Shown here one piece after another: positions 37,697 through 47,658 of a DNA stretch of 64,000 nt. Both the position numbers and the translations under genes were made by a program. Numbering within the stretch: position 1 is the first letter of the stretch; the number at the start of each line of letters is the position of its first letter. The stretch comes from Patescibacteria group bacterium (GTDB taxonomy: Bacteria > Patescibacteriota > Patescibacteriia > SG8-24 > DYFX01). The notes under the pieces are model-generated. The model ran no database searches, had not been told where the DNA came from, and saw only the letters and a list, made by a program, of their open reading frames with translations. Location of the stretch: NCBI GenBank assembly GCA_038062835.1, contig JBBTWH010000005.1:20699-84698 (forward strand). The letters are read 5' to 3'.

Positions 37697-39073
37697 TCAG
37701 AGCCCGGCGAGCGGAGAAGGACGCAGCAGTACGAGCGTCTGGCGGAGCTTCTTGACGTAGGAAATGGTCTCATCGCGGAGAGTGGCGTTCTTCATCTGCG
37801 TGACGGCCAGGCTCCTGGAGCCTTTCTTCTTCGACAAGGCGGCGATCTCGGCGGCGTGCGGCTCGGACCATGCGTCGCCCCACATCTTCACGGCGCGGCG
37901 GATGCGGGTCCCTCCGCCGTTATAGGCGGCGGCCAGGTATTCGATGACGCGGTCGTTGTTGACGTAATAGAGGTCCTTCACGGCCAGCGGCATGCCGGCA
38001 AGCTCGGCGTCGAGATACGCGACCGCGGCCTTGATGGCGTTGACCGGATGGGCCATGCCGCTCTCGAAATCAGGATCGAGGCCCAGTTCCTTCCGCGCGG
38101 CCATCAGCTTGTATGTGCTGGGGATGAACTGGAAGATGCCTTTCGCGCCCATCGACGAGCGCGAATAGGCGTAGGCGTCGTCTTGGTTGGCGCCGAGCAC
38201 GACGTAGACCGATTCCATGACGGATCGCGCGTTCGATCCCAGAAGCGAACCTTCGCTCAAGTGCTCGATGATGGCGATGGCTTCGAGCTGTTCCGGCTTG
38301 ATGACGTCGACGAGCAGGCGGTCCGGAAAGGCCCGCGAACGTATGCCGGCGGCGCGATACGCGTCGTAGGCTTCCTTGACGTCGGCGTCGAGCGTCTCGC
38401 GCCCCCAAGCGACCGTTTCCGGAGCGTGCAGGCGCTTGGAGTACGGCGCATAGACGACGTCATGCAGTTCGTAGCGCGGCTTGCGCTTCGTGACGGTCAC
38501 GTCCTTGAAGATCGGGTAGCGGACGCCGACGGCGATGTCTTCCGGATCGTCGAGGATGAACTCGGAATTCACTCCGTTGTTGCGCTTCACGCTCACGGGG
38601 ACGGGCGCATCGATCTTGAAGCCGCTCTTCTTCGCCTCGATGAGGCGTATCTCGCCGGTCTTTTCGTTCCAGACCGCGAGCGTGATGTCGACCCAGATGT
38701 CGTAGCTCGAGACGATTTCAGGCTTCTTGCCATCGTTCAATTCCTTGATGCGCGCCTGAAGCATCGTCCTCGCTCGTCCGACGGCGTCGCGCATCGGATA
38801 GGCGGACGAGGGCGGCGCGGGCGGGATTTCCGGCGCGGGCTGAGGCGCCGGAGCTTCTTCGACTATCGGCGTCGGACCTGCTTCGAGCAAGCGCGCCAGT
38901 TGCGGGCACGCCGGGGCTTTCAATCCGCTGGAGACGTGGAAGTACATGCCGTCCGCCATCTCGAAGACGTCGGAGCGGCCGCATCCCTCGGCGCGCGCCG
39001 ATAGTCCGGCCAGCATCGAGGCGGCGGCGAAAGCGACGGCGAGCAGGCGTTTCCGGTCGCGCATAGTGTCCAT
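37697..39073 (-). CDS. Secreted lytic transglycosylase (SLT domain)
   Basis: Signal peptide; SSMGAKGIFQFIPSTY, AAYNGG, ET..YV.K. Confidence 0.8.
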   Translation of the reverse strand: MDTMRDRKRLLAVAFAAASMLAGLSARAEGCGRSDVFEMADGMYFHVSSGLKAPACPQLARLLEAGPTPIVEEAPAPQPAPEIPPAPPSSAYPMRDAVGRARTMLQARIKELNDGKKPEIVSSYDIWVDITLAVWNEKTGEIRLIEAKKSGFKIDAPVPVSVKRNNGVNSEFILDDPEDIAVGVRYPIFKDVTVTKRKPRYELHDVVYAPYSKRLHAPETVAWGRETLDADVKEAYDAYRAAGIRSRAFPDRLLVDVIKPEQLEAIAIIEHLSEGSLLGSNARSVMESVYVVLGANQDDAYAYSRSSMGAKGIFQFIPSTYKLMAARKELGLDPDFESGMAHPVNAIKAAVAYLDAELAGMPLAVKDLYYVNNDRVIEYLAAAYNGGGTRIRRAVKMWGDAWSEPHAAEIAALSKKKGSRSLAVTQMKNATLRDETISYVKKLRQTLVLLRPSPLAGL

Positions 39074-39103
39074 GATGACTTAGACGTTCCTGCGGCTGAT
39101 ACC

Positions 39104-40375
39104 TTACCGCGCGTCGGACGAGCGCGACAGGTTGAAATCTCGATAGACGTTGCGCGCGTTCCAGAGCAGGAAGCCGCCGCCTCCTCGGTCGCGTACGGCC
39201 CGGATCTGGGCATCGATCTCGTCGGCGGCGTAGGTCGCGCCGATGTCGAACGCCTGGATCCACGGCCGCTGCTGCGCAAGTTCGACGCCGCATGGCATCA
39301 GGAGAGCGGACGTGGCGCTACGGACGCCGCTCGCGACTTCGGCGCACTGCTTCTCGCGAGTCGCGTAGAGCTTGTTGGCCTTCATCAGGCTGTCGGAGAC
39401 GATCTCGTAAGGATGCTCGGCGGGATTGTCGAAGCCGAGCGTGCCGTCCCCGTAATGCGAAGGATAGACCATCGCGGAGACCGCCGTGGCGTTCGGCAAG
39501 GCGTCGACGAGGAGCTGGCCGATGCCGAGGTCGTAGTCGACATACCAAGTGACGTATCCGAAGAGGTCGAAGGAAATCGGGATGCCGGCCTTTTTTTCGA
39601 GCTCGCGATTCATGAAGGAGAAGAACTCGCGGATGACCTCGTGTTTCGGCTTCGCGCCGTCGTGGTGCAGGTAGACTACGCTCGCCATGTTCCCGTCGCT
39701 CGGGAAGCGGACGTAGTCGAACTGGATCTCGTCGAAGCCGCGCGCGTAGACGTCCTTGGCGACCTCGACATTATACCGCCAGGCGGCCTTCGACGCCGGG
39801 TCGACCCACGTCACGCCCTTGTAATCCGCCCAGACGCCTCCGCCGGAGCGATGGATGGCCTCGTCCGGAAACCGCTTCACGTACATCGGGTCCTGGAAGA
39901 CGAAGACGCGCGCGATGCGGTAAAGGCCCGCCTCCCCCGCCTCAGTGAGCACCGCGTCGATGTCGGGAATCGTGGACTTCTCCGGCGCGTGCGCCCTGAG
40001 CGTCTCGCGCTGCGGCATGAACGAAAGCAGGCCGTCGCCGTCCTTCACGTCGATGACGACAGCGTTCAGCCCGTTGCGCCTGGCATAAGCGAAAAGATCC
40101 GCGCGGATCTTTGGAGAGGCGGCGCTGTGGGCCGTCATGTAGAATCCGCGCACTTCCTCCGGCATCTGGACGTGACGCACGCTGGAGCCTCCCGACTCGC
40201 CGGCGGAGGCCGGGAGCCAGACCTGGGCCAAGTCCGCCGGCGTCTCCGTCAGGTAAAGCCCGGTCAGCGTCGACGTGCCGATGATGAGGAACCAGCCGAT
40301 GGCGAGGATCGGCGTCTTCCAGCGCGCCTCGAGCGAAGCGATCTTTTTCGAGATGGGGCTCCCGAGAGGCCTCAT
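39104..40375 (-). CDS. Putative glycoside hydrolase (DUF4015/GHL-like)
   Basis: NAVVIDVK, IARVFVFQD, WVDP, GFDEIQFDYVRFP, MVYPSHY, RPWIQAF. Confidence 0.85.
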   Translation of the reverse strand: MRPLGSPISKKIASLEARWKTPILAIGWFLIIGTSTLTGLYLTETPADLAQVWLPASAGESGGSSVRHVQMPEEVRGFYMTAHSAASPKIRADLFAYARRNGLNAVVIDVKDGDGLLSFMPQRETLRAHAPEKSTIPDIDAVLTEAGEAGLYRIARVFVFQDPMYVKRFPDEAIHRSGGGVWADYKGVTWVDPASKAAWRYNVEVAKDVYARGFDEIQFDYVRFPSDGNMASVVYLHHDGAKPKHEVIREFFSFMNRELEKKAGIPISFDLFGYVTWYVDYDLGIGQLLVDALPNATAVSAMVYPSHYGDGTLGFDNPAEHPYEIVSDSLMKANKLYATREKQCAEVASGVRSATSALLMPCGVELAQQRPWIQAFDIGATYAADEIDAQIRAVRDRGGGGFLLWNARNVYRDFNLSRSSDAR

Positions 40376-41493
40376 GGTCGGCGTCCGTACGGAGGATGCG
40401 CGTCAAGCGTGGCGCGGAGCTCGATCGTCGTACCGGCGCGCGCGATCTTCAGCCGCGCGACGTCGCCGACCGACAGGGACTGGACGGCCTTGGCCAGCGT
40501 CCACTTGCCTTCGAGCTTCTTGCCGTTGACCTCGAGGATGACGTCGCCTTCGAGGAGTCCTGCCGCCGCGGCCGGGCTGTTCGGAAGGACGACCGCGTCC
40601 GACGGATCCTCTCCGCCGACCAGCGCGCCGTAGCCGTACGCCAAGGAGCGTTCGATCTTCAGTTCCGGCGTGATGGTGAAATAACGGACGCCGAGACGCG
40701 GCCGCGCGATGGCGCCGTAGCGGCGGTACGAGGTCAGGACCTTGCGGACTTCGGAAACGGGAATCGCGAAACCGAGGCCTTGCGCGTCCTGTTCGACCGC
40801 CGTATTGACGCCGATGACCTTGCCGTCCAGATTCAGGAGCGGCCCGCCGGAGTTTCCGCCGTTGATGGCGGCGTCGGTCTGGAGGAGCTCTTCGAGACGC
40901 TCGAGGTCGCCGGTCACGTTGTTGGCCGCCTCGACATCGCGCCCGACGCCCGAAAGGATGCCGCTCGTGACGGTGTTGGCGTACTTGCCGAGCGCGTTGC
41001 CGATGGCGACGGTCGTCTGGCCGAGTCTCAGCCTGTCGTCCGCCTCGAGCGCGAGGAACGGCAGGCCCTTGGCGTCGATCTTCAGGAGCGCGAGGTCGTT
41101 GACCGGATCGATGTCGATGACCTTCGCGCTGAAGGATCGGCCGTCCGTCAGAAGGGCCGTCAGGACCGCGTCGCGCTCGAAAGCGACATGGCGGTTGGTG
41201 ATGACGAGTCCGTCGGCGTCGATGAGGAATCCGGTACCCTTGCCGATCTCGATGAGCGCTTCCTGTTGTCCGCGCTGCTGGACCAGGATGGAGACGACGG
41301 CCGGCGAAGCGGTGGAGACAAGCTTGATGATGCGGTCTTCCTCGCTGAGAGAACCGGCCGGCGTCTTCACGGCGGCGGCGCCGGCTGGGCGCGCGAGCGA
41401 CGACCAGGCCAAGTGGACCGATACGGCCACGATGACGTTCAAGACGAGCAGTCCAAAAACGCGAAAATGTCGGGATGCGGAGGTAGCTTCCAT
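40372..41493 (-). CDS. HtrA/DegP-family serine protease with PDZ domain
   Basis: TNRHV, DLALLK, TDAAINGGNSGGPL, C-terminal PDZ; start at ATG 41493. Confidence 0.95.
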   Translation of the reverse strand: MEATSASRHFRVFGLLVLNVIVAVSVHLAWSSLARPAGAAAVKTPAGSLSEEDRIIKLVSTASPAVVSILVQQRGQQEALIEIGKGTGFLIDADGLVITNRHVAFERDAVLTALLTDGRSFSAKVIDIDPVNDLALLKIDAKGLPFLALEADDRLRLGQTTVAIGNALGKYANTVTSGILSGVGRDVEAANNVTGDLERLEELLQTDAAINGGNSGGPLLNLDGKVIGVNTAVEQDAQGLGFAIPVSEVRKVLTSYRRYGAIARPRLGVRYFTITPELKIERSLAYGYGALVGGEDPSDAVVLPNSPAAAAGLLEGDVILEVNGKKLEGKWTLAKAVQSLSVGDVARLKIARAGTTIELRATLDAHPPYGRRP

Positions 41494-41536
41494 AGTGAGC
41501 CTATTGTACATCAAGACACGGCACGAAAAAAGCAGG

Positions 41537-42079
41537 CTAGGAAGCCTGCTGACATCCCTCGCTGATGCTGAAGAGGATGCGGGTGACTGGCGTAGAGTTG
41601 CCGACGTCGAGGAGATCATCGCCGCGGATCTTGCGGTAGCAGAGATTGCCGCCGACGACGAATTCACCGTACCGAAGTCCGTGGTTCGGGATGAATGTCC
41701 CAGAAAAGAGCATCTGGAAGCGCTCGAGGGTGGCCATGCATCCATCCCTGGGGCCGACGCGCACGGCATCATAGAGCCCGATGCACGGGTCACGCAGCGT
41801 CAAGGCATACTTGGCTGTCCGCGTCTGGAGATGAAAGGTCTGGCCGACTTCGAGCTGGGCCGTCAGGAGCGAGCCTTCGGGCGGCGCGTCCTGAGGCGGA
41901 TTGGCTTCTCGGGCGGGTGCGGCCGCCGCTATCGCCGCCGCCTTCGGAGACTCCGCCGGACGATCCGCCGAAGCGTCGCCTGAGGACGATCCTTCGTCCT
42001 TGCGCCAGATGACCGCGCAGACCGCGACCGCGAGTAGGACGGCCGTGGCCGCCATGATGCAAGCGAGAATGACTGGCAT
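41537..42079 (-). CDS. Hypothetical membrane-anchored protein
   Basis: N-terminal TM, low-complexity linker, beta-rich C-terminal domain. Confidence 0.6.
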   Translation of the reverse strand: MPVILACIMAATAVLLAVAVCAVIWRKDEGSSSGDASADRPAESPKAAAIAAAAPAREANPPQDAPPEGSLLTAQLEVGQTFHLQTRTAKYALTLRDPCIGLYDAVRVGPRDGCMATLERFQMLFSGTFIPNHGLRYGEFVVGGNLCYRKIRGDDLLDVGNSTPVTRILFSISEGCQQAS

Positions 42080-42131
42080 AGGGACTCCTTCGCTCGATGC
42101 GTCCGGCCTACCGTAGCCGCTTTCCGGCCGA

Positions 42132-42160
42132 TTGTCAATGGCGCGGACGCGTGGTACGCT
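42132..42160 (+). promoter_or_regulatory. Sigma70 promoter with extended -10
   Basis: TTGTCA-N17-TACGCT (TGG extension), 10 nt before ATG 42171. Confidence 0.6.
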
Positions 42161-42170
42161 TGGGGCGCAT

Positions 42171-43577
42171 ATGAAGAGATTTTCCCTTATTTTGCTCTTG
42201 ATTTCGATGTGTACGAGCGCGCTCCCGGCGCGCTCGGCGGAGTTGAACCCTGACGTCATCCTCTCGGACAAGGAACTCACGTCCGCCGACGTCCCATCCG
42301 GTTTCTCCCAGGCCTTCCTGGAGTCCCGCGGCGGCGCGCTGGCCAGGATGACGTTCCGCGACGAGCTGATCGACGGATCGATGAGGAAGCCTGGCGACAT
42401 CATCGACCTGTACGGGAAAATCTTCGGAGTAAATCCGCGCTATCTGCTTGCGCTCATCCAGAAGGAGCAGAGCCTCGTCACCGACAAGAATCCTTCCAAG
42501 TGCCAGCTCGACTGGGCCGCCGGCTACGGCCGTCCGGACGGTTCGACCTGCGACACATGGCACCTGTCGCGCGGATTCTCCCAGCAAATCGCGAACGCCG
42601 CCGCCTTCGTGCAGTGCTTCTACTCGGATTCGACCGACAAATGCGGCAGCCGACGATTTTTCGGACTATTTCCGGGGCGCGCGACATCGATCGACGGTCA
42701 GACCGTCATTCCTGGCAACGTCGCGACGGCCATGCTCTACACGTATACGCCGCATGTCCATGGCAACCAGAACCTGGTGAAGCTCTGGAGCGGCTGGTTC
42801 TCGATGGGCTATCCCGACGGCTCGGCCCTGCAGTCCCCCGCTGGCGACGTCTACCTCATCCAGGGCGGCTTGAAACGCCGCTTCGCCAACAAAGGCGCGT
42901 TGAAGACGCGCATCGACGGCACGCGCGTCATTCCCGTCTCCGAGTCGATCCTGGCTGGGTTCCAGGAAGGCGCGTCCATCAAGTTCTCCGATTACGCGCT
43001 GGTCCGCATACCGTCCGGCGCGGTCTACCTGCTTTCCGGCGACCGCAAGCGCCCCATCGAATCGATGGAGGTCTTCCGCTCGATCGGTTTCAACCCAGAG
43101 GAGATCGACGACGTGGCCGAGGAAGACCTTGAACCTTACGCCGAGGGCGACATGATCACGCTGAAGAGCGCGTATCCGACGGGCGCCTTGCTGCAGGACA
43201 ACAAGACCGGCGGCGTGTACTTCGTCGAGAACGGCGTGAAGCGCCCGATCGTCTCGGCCGAGATCATGAAGACCAACTACCCGAACAAGAAAATCTCCGC
43301 CATCTCCCCTTCCGCGCTCGAGAAATACGCCGGCGCCGAGCCGGTAAAGTTCCGCGACGGCGAATTGATCACGAGCCCGGGCTCCGATCGGGCGATATTC
43401 GCGGTTTCCAACGGCCAGCGACGCCCCATCGTCTCTGGCGCGGTCTTCGAGCAGCTCGGCTACTCGTGGAAGCGCGTCATCTACACGTCCGACGCAGCCG
43501 TCAACCTGCACCCGCTGGGTGAAGCCATCACCGGGCTACCGACGGCGACCGGATCGCAAACCGCGCTTTCACGCTGA
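42171..43577 (+). CDS. Secreted protein with putative lysozyme-like cell-wall hydrolase domain and C-terminal CPR-type repeats
   Basis: Signal peptide; NP..LL.LIQKEQSL, N.ATA.LY.YTPH; four repeats of G.L....VY....G.KR.I. Confidence 0.6.
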   Translation: MKRFSLILLLISMCTSALPARSAELNPDVILSDKELTSADVPSGFSQAFLESRGGALARMTFRDELIDGSMRKPGDIIDLYGKIFGVNPRYLLALIQKEQSLVTDKNPSKCQLDWAAGYGRPDGSTCDTWHLSRGFSQQIANAAAFVQCFYSDSTDKCGSRRFFGLFPGRATSIDGQTVIPGNVATAMLYTYTPHVHGNQNLVKLWSGWFSMGYPDGSALQSPAGDVYLIQGGLKRRFANKGALKTRIDGTRVIPVSESILAGFQEGASIKFSDYALVRIPSGAVYLLSGDRKRPIESMEVFRSIGFNPEEIDDVAEEDLEPYAEGDMITLKSAYPTGALLQDNKTGGVYFVENGVKRPIVSAEIMKTNYPNKKISAISPSALEKYAGAEPVKFRDGELITSPGSDRAIFAVSNGQRRPIVSGAVFEQLGYSWKRVIYTSDAAVNLHPLGEAITGLPTATGSQTALSR

Positions 43578-43578
43578 T

Positions 43579-44373
43579 ATGCCTATCGTTTTCGCGGCGG
43601 TCGTCCCGCATTCGCCCATACTCATCCCGTCGGTCGGCAAGGAGCACCTGAAGAAGCTCAAGAAGACCGTGGCGGCCATGAAGCGCCTGGAACAGGAGCT
43701 TTACGCCGCGCACCCTGACACCATCCTCGTCATCTCGCCGCACGGCCCCGTCGAGGCCGACCACTTCACGCTGGATCTCAACGAGAAGTACGTCTGCGAC
43801 TTGAAGGACTTCGGCGTGTTCGACGTCTCGGTGGACTGCCGCGCCGACATGAAGCTCATCAGCGCGCTCAAGGAGCACGTCGAAGACCGCGGCGTGCCGT
43901 TCATGCTGCGGACGGAGCGCGCGCTGGACTACGGCGTGGTCGTGCCGCTCATCTACCTGACCGAGCACATCCAGAGATATTCCGTCCTGCCGATCTATCC
44001 ATCGCTCCTCCCGGCCAAGAGTCATTTCGAATTCGGTCAGGCCATCCAGGAGGTGCTGCTGCATTCCGAGCGGCGCGTGGCCGTCATCGCCTCCGCGGAC
44101 CTCTCGCACCGGCTGACGCGTTCGGCGCCGGCCGGCTATTCGCCGTACGGCAGGAAGTTCGACGACAAGATCGTCACGCTGCTTACGGAGCGGAAATACC
44201 AGGCGCTCCTCACGTTCGAGCCCGAACTGGCCTCCAAGGCCGCGCAATGCGGACTGCCGCCGCTCACCATCTTCGCCGGCATCCTGGACGGCATGCATGC
44301 GGTGCCGGAGGTCATTTCGTATGAGAGTCCTTTCGGCATCGGATCGCTCACGGTCCATTACTCTTTCATATGA
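43579..44373 (+). CDS. LigB/Memo-family protein (AmmeMemoRadiSam protein B-like)
   Basis: VPHSP.LIP.VG, ISPH, LDYGVVVPL, ASADLSH, YESPFGIG. Confidence 0.85.
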   Translation: MPIVFAAVVPHSPILIPSVGKEHLKKLKKTVAAMKRLEQELYAAHPDTILVISPHGPVEADHFTLDLNEKYVCDLKDFGVFDVSVDCRADMKLISALKEHVEDRGVPFMLRTERALDYGVVVPLIYLTEHIQRYSVLPIYPSLLPAKSHFEFGQAIQEVLLHSERRVAVIASADLSHRLTRSAPAGYSPYGRKFDDKIVTLLTERKYQALLTFEPELASKAAQCGLPPLTIFAGILDGMHAVPEVISYESPFGIGSLTVHYSFI

Positions 44374-44636
44374 CGGCCATGGAAGGCATCGGCGGCGTCA
44401 TCAGGAAGAGGTCCGAATCGAAACCGAACACGCGCATCCACTCTGAAGCGCACGCCCTGGCCGACGAGATCAGCGCTCATTTCAACGAGCGCCAGCGGTT
44501 CGCGATGTACCTCGGCGTCATCAAGCGCGTCGGCGTCCCGGCGGCGCGAGCGATCTTCGCGGAGATCAAGTCCGAGAGCAACGCCCGGAACCCGCGTAAG
44601 CTGTTCATGTGGCTTGCCAAGAACCCCAAAAAGTGA
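44370..44636 (+). CDS. Conserved-looking small helical protein
   Basis: 88 aa, overlaps the upstream stop; RNPRKLFMW C-terminus. Confidence 0.65.
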   Translation: MTAMEGIGGVIRKRSESKPNTRIHSEAHALADEISAHFNERQRFAMYLGVIKRVGVPAARAIFAEIKSESNARNPRKLFMWLAKNPKK

Positions 44637-44652
44637 TAGCCTGAACGATCCT

Positions 44653-45123
44653 ATGGCCAATCTCCCGATACTGACGCTTCCGAATCCGCAGCTCCGCCGG
44701 CGCTCGGAAGACGTCGATCCTAAACTCATCAGGACCCAGGAATTCCAGGCCTGGCTCGACGACCTCATCGAGACCATGTGGAAAGCCGACGGCGTCGGCA
44801 TCGCCGCCCCTCAGGTCGGCCGCTCCGTCCGGGTATTCATCGCGGTCGACGGCAAGACGCCCTACGTCGTCATCAACCCGGTCGTGACCGGGAAGTCTTG
44901 GCGCATGGAAGATAGCGAGGAAGGCTGCCTCTCGGTACCGGGCAGGTACGGCGTCGTCCGCCGCTATCGCGCCTTCAAGATCAAATGCCTCGATCGCGAG
45001 GGCAAAAAGGCCGTTCACGAACCGTCCGGATTCTTCGCCCGCGTGCTCCAGCACGAACTCGACCATCTCGACGGCGTGCTCTTCGTGGATCGCGCCAAGA
45101 AGATCGTCGACATCCAGCCGTAA
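44653..45123 (+). CDS. def: Peptide deformylase
   Basis: GVGIAAPQVG, EGCLSVP, QHELDHLDG. Confidence 0.97.
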   Translation: MANLPILTLPNPQLRRRSEDVDPKLIRTQEFQAWLDDLIETMWKADGVGIAAPQVGRSVRVFIAVDGKTPYVVINPVVTGKSWRMEDSEEGCLSVPGRYGVVRRYRAFKIKCLDREGKKAVHEPSGFFARVLQHELDHLDGVLFVDRAKKIVDIQP

Positions 45124-45130
45124 CCTTCCT

Positions 45131-46102
45131 ATGCCGCAGAAGCCCTATCGAATCGCGTTCTTCGGCACTTCTGATTTCGCCGTCCCGATCCTCGAACGCC
45201 TGAAGGCCGACGGAGACTTTTCGATCGTCGAAGTCGTCACCCAGCCTGACCGTCCGGTCGGGCGCCGTCGCATCATGACCGCCACGGCGGTGAAGCGCTC
45301 CGCCGAAGGGCTCGGACTCAAGGTCTGGCAGCCTGAAACCTTGAAGGATGAGGAGGCGTTCTCTCATCTCTCCGGACTCGGCGCCGTCGCCTATGTCGTC
45401 GTGGCGTACGGGAAGATCCTGCCTAAGCGCGTCCTCGAGATCCCCCGACTTGGAGGCGTGAACGTGCACGGCTCCATCCTTCCGGCGTATCGCGGAGCCT
45501 CGCCGATCGGAGCAGCCATCGCCGCAGGCGAAAAGGAGACCGGCATCACCGTCATGAAGATGGACGAGAAGCTCGATGAAGGACCCGTCCTGTCGATCGA
45601 GAAGATCGAGATCGGCGACGAAGACACGACCGAGGCGCTTTCTCGCAAGCTTTCCGCGCTCGCGGCCGGCATGATCGCTCCGACCCTGAAGCTCTACGTC
45701 GAAGGCCACGTCCAGCCGATGCCGCAGGACCACTCCAAGGCCACCTACACGAAAATCCTCGCGCGCGAAGACGGGCGCGTGGACTGGTCCAGATCCGCCG
45801 TCGAAATCGAGCGATTCGTCAGGGCGATGTCCCCGTGGCCGGGGGCGCACGCGGCCTGGACGCGCAAAGGGGCCGATCTCAAGCTGACCATCAAGAAGGC
45901 GTCCGTCCTGCATCCTGGCAGCAAATGCGACGCCGCCGGCAAGGCCGGTACCGTCTGCCGCCTGGCGGACGGCACGCTCGGCGTGAACTGCGGAGAAGGC
46001 TCGCTCCTGCTCGATGAAATCCAGCTCGAAGGCAAGAATGCCTCGGACGCCAAAAGCTTCCTGAACGGCTACCGCGACTTCGTCGGCGCGGAACTGTCAT
46101 AG
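45131..46102 (+). CDS. fmt: Methionyl-tRNA formyltransferase
   Basis: VVTQPDRP, NVHGSILP.YRGASPI, LDEGP. Confidence 0.97.
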   Translation: MPQKPYRIAFFGTSDFAVPILERLKADGDFSIVEVVTQPDRPVGRRRIMTATAVKRSAEGLGLKVWQPETLKDEEAFSHLSGLGAVAYVVVAYGKILPKRVLEIPRLGGVNVHGSILPAYRGASPIGAAIAAGEKETGITVMKMDEKLDEGPVLSIEKIEIGDEDTTEALSRKLSALAAGMIAPTLKLYVEGHVQPMPQDHSKATYTKILAREDGRVDWSRSAVEIERFVRAMSPWPGAHAAWTRKGADLKLTIKKASVLHPGSKCDAAGKAGTVCRLADGTLGVNCGEGSLLLDEIQLEGKNASDAKSFLNGYRDFVGAELS

Positions 46103-46143
46103 CGAAAAATGCCGCCCCGGCCTACGCCGTGGTGGTTTTCGTT

Positions 46144-47658
46144 TCAAATCAATCGCGGCGGTTCCGCATGTTCAGGCGGCTCCTGCTCTTGCGCCGCGTG
46201 CAGGCCGATGACGACGAGCGCCAGGAAGCCCCAGCCGAGCGGATGATTGACGTAAGGCGTGAAGATGTTCGCGACGATGAAGGCGAGGAAGGAGAGCATC
46301 AATCCGGCCGCCAGCAGGCGATCGGTGCCGCGGGCCGTACCGATCGTCTTCCAGAAGAAGAGGCCGACGCGCCACCAGAGCCAGACGACGGCAAGAAGGC
46401 CGATGAGGCCCGTCTTCAGCCAGATCTCCAGGTACTGCCATTCGATGGCGCCCGTCGTCACGATGCCGCCGGGGTGCAGCTCGATGACGCGCGGGTCATC
46501 GGAGCGGTAGGTGATCGTCGAGCCGAAACCCGATCCGAGGATCGGCGACTTGGCGATGCCCTTCTTCAGAGGCTCGAGCTGGTTCCAGCGGCTCGTGACC
46601 GCGGCGTCGGAGGCGTCCGTGACGCGTCCGCCGTACGCGCTCCACGCGAAAGCGTCCGAGACTCGAGGCGGCAGCGGAAAGATCGCGAGGAACGCGAGCG
46701 CGCCGCCGGCGACGGCGAGAGCCGCTATGCCCGTGCCGAAGAAGCCGCCGATGCGGCGTAGCGGCACGATCTCATTGCGCACGAAGACCGGCAGCATGAA
46801 AGCCGACGACACGGCGGCTCCGAGCCATAAGCTGCGGGACAGGCTGAGCAGGAACGCGGCGGACGCAAGCGCGGTCCAGAGCAGTATCTTGCGTCGACCG
46901 TATGACCAGGAGAGCATCGTCCCGATGAAGACGGCAGGCAGCAGGAAGACGTCGGAGGCGGAGAAGACGCGGACCGCGCCGCCAGGGAGCAACGTGATTT
47001 CCCCGAGGCGCAGGACGCGCTGCCAGTCGAAGACGTCCTTCAGGACCGGCCCGAAATCGTGCGAGAAGAGGTAGAGCAGGATGAGGCTCTTGGCGGAAAG
47101 CCAGGCGACCGCGCCGACGAGCGGCCTGGTCAGCCAGGCGAATGCCTCGCGTCCGGCGAAGAGGTCGAGGCCGATCGGAATGAGCAGGAGGAAGGCGTAC
47201 CCGTTGGCGTCGTCGAATACCGACCTGAAAGAGGCGCCCTCGGCCAGTCCGCGCGTGGCGGCCAGGGTCAGCGCGGCGATGAAGAGAAGCAGGGGTGCCG
47301 AGACGTTCGCGTGGCGGAAGTGCAGGACGCGCGAACAGCCGCGCATGGCGTGGATGATCCAGCCGACGACGAGCGTCGCGAACAGGACCATACGGATCGA
47401 CAGGGCGAATCCGAAGATTTCCGCCGTAAACAGGCGCCCATGCGTGCCGATGACCATCTCGACCATCAAGAGCGCGAAGAGCCAGCGCAGGTCCGTCAGC
47501 GCGAAAGCCGCGGCGACGGCGGCCAGGACGACGAACGCCGCGACCCTGACGCCTGGCGCGAGAAAACCGAGGAACGACAAGCACTCGACCGCCATGCAAA
47601 GCATGAAGACGGTGGAGGGCAGGCGGACCGTCAGCGCTTGTCTCGGACTGATTTCCAT
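46144..47658 (-). CDS. O-antigen ligase/polymerase-family membrane protein
   Basis: About 12 TMs, SLSR..W, R..Q...PILGSGFG loop; inside a glycosyltransferase cluster. Confidence 0.8.
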   Translation of the reverse strand: MEISPRQALTVRLPSTVFMLCMAVECLSFLGFLAPGVRVAAFVVLAAVAAAFALTDLRWLFALLMVEMVIGTHGRLFTAEIFGFALSIRMVLFATLVVGWIIHAMRGCSRVLHFRHANVSAPLLLFIAALTLAATRGLAEGASFRSVFDDANGYAFLLLIPIGLDLFAGREAFAWLTRPLVGAVAWLSAKSLILLYLFSHDFGPVLKDVFDWQRVLRLGEITLLPGGAVRVFSASDVFLLPAVFIGTMLSWSYGRRKILLWTALASAAFLLSLSRSLWLGAAVSSAFMLPVFVRNEIVPLRRIGGFFGTGIAALAVAGGALAFLAIFPLPPRVSDAFAWSAYGGRVTDASDAAVTSRWNQLEPLKKGIAKSPILGSGFGSTITYRSDDPRVIELHPGGIVTTGAIEWQYLEIWLKTGLIGLLAVVWLWWRVGLFFWKTIGTARGTDRLLAAGLMLSFLAFIVANIFTPYVNHPLGWGFLALVVIGLHAAQEQEPPEHAEPPRLI

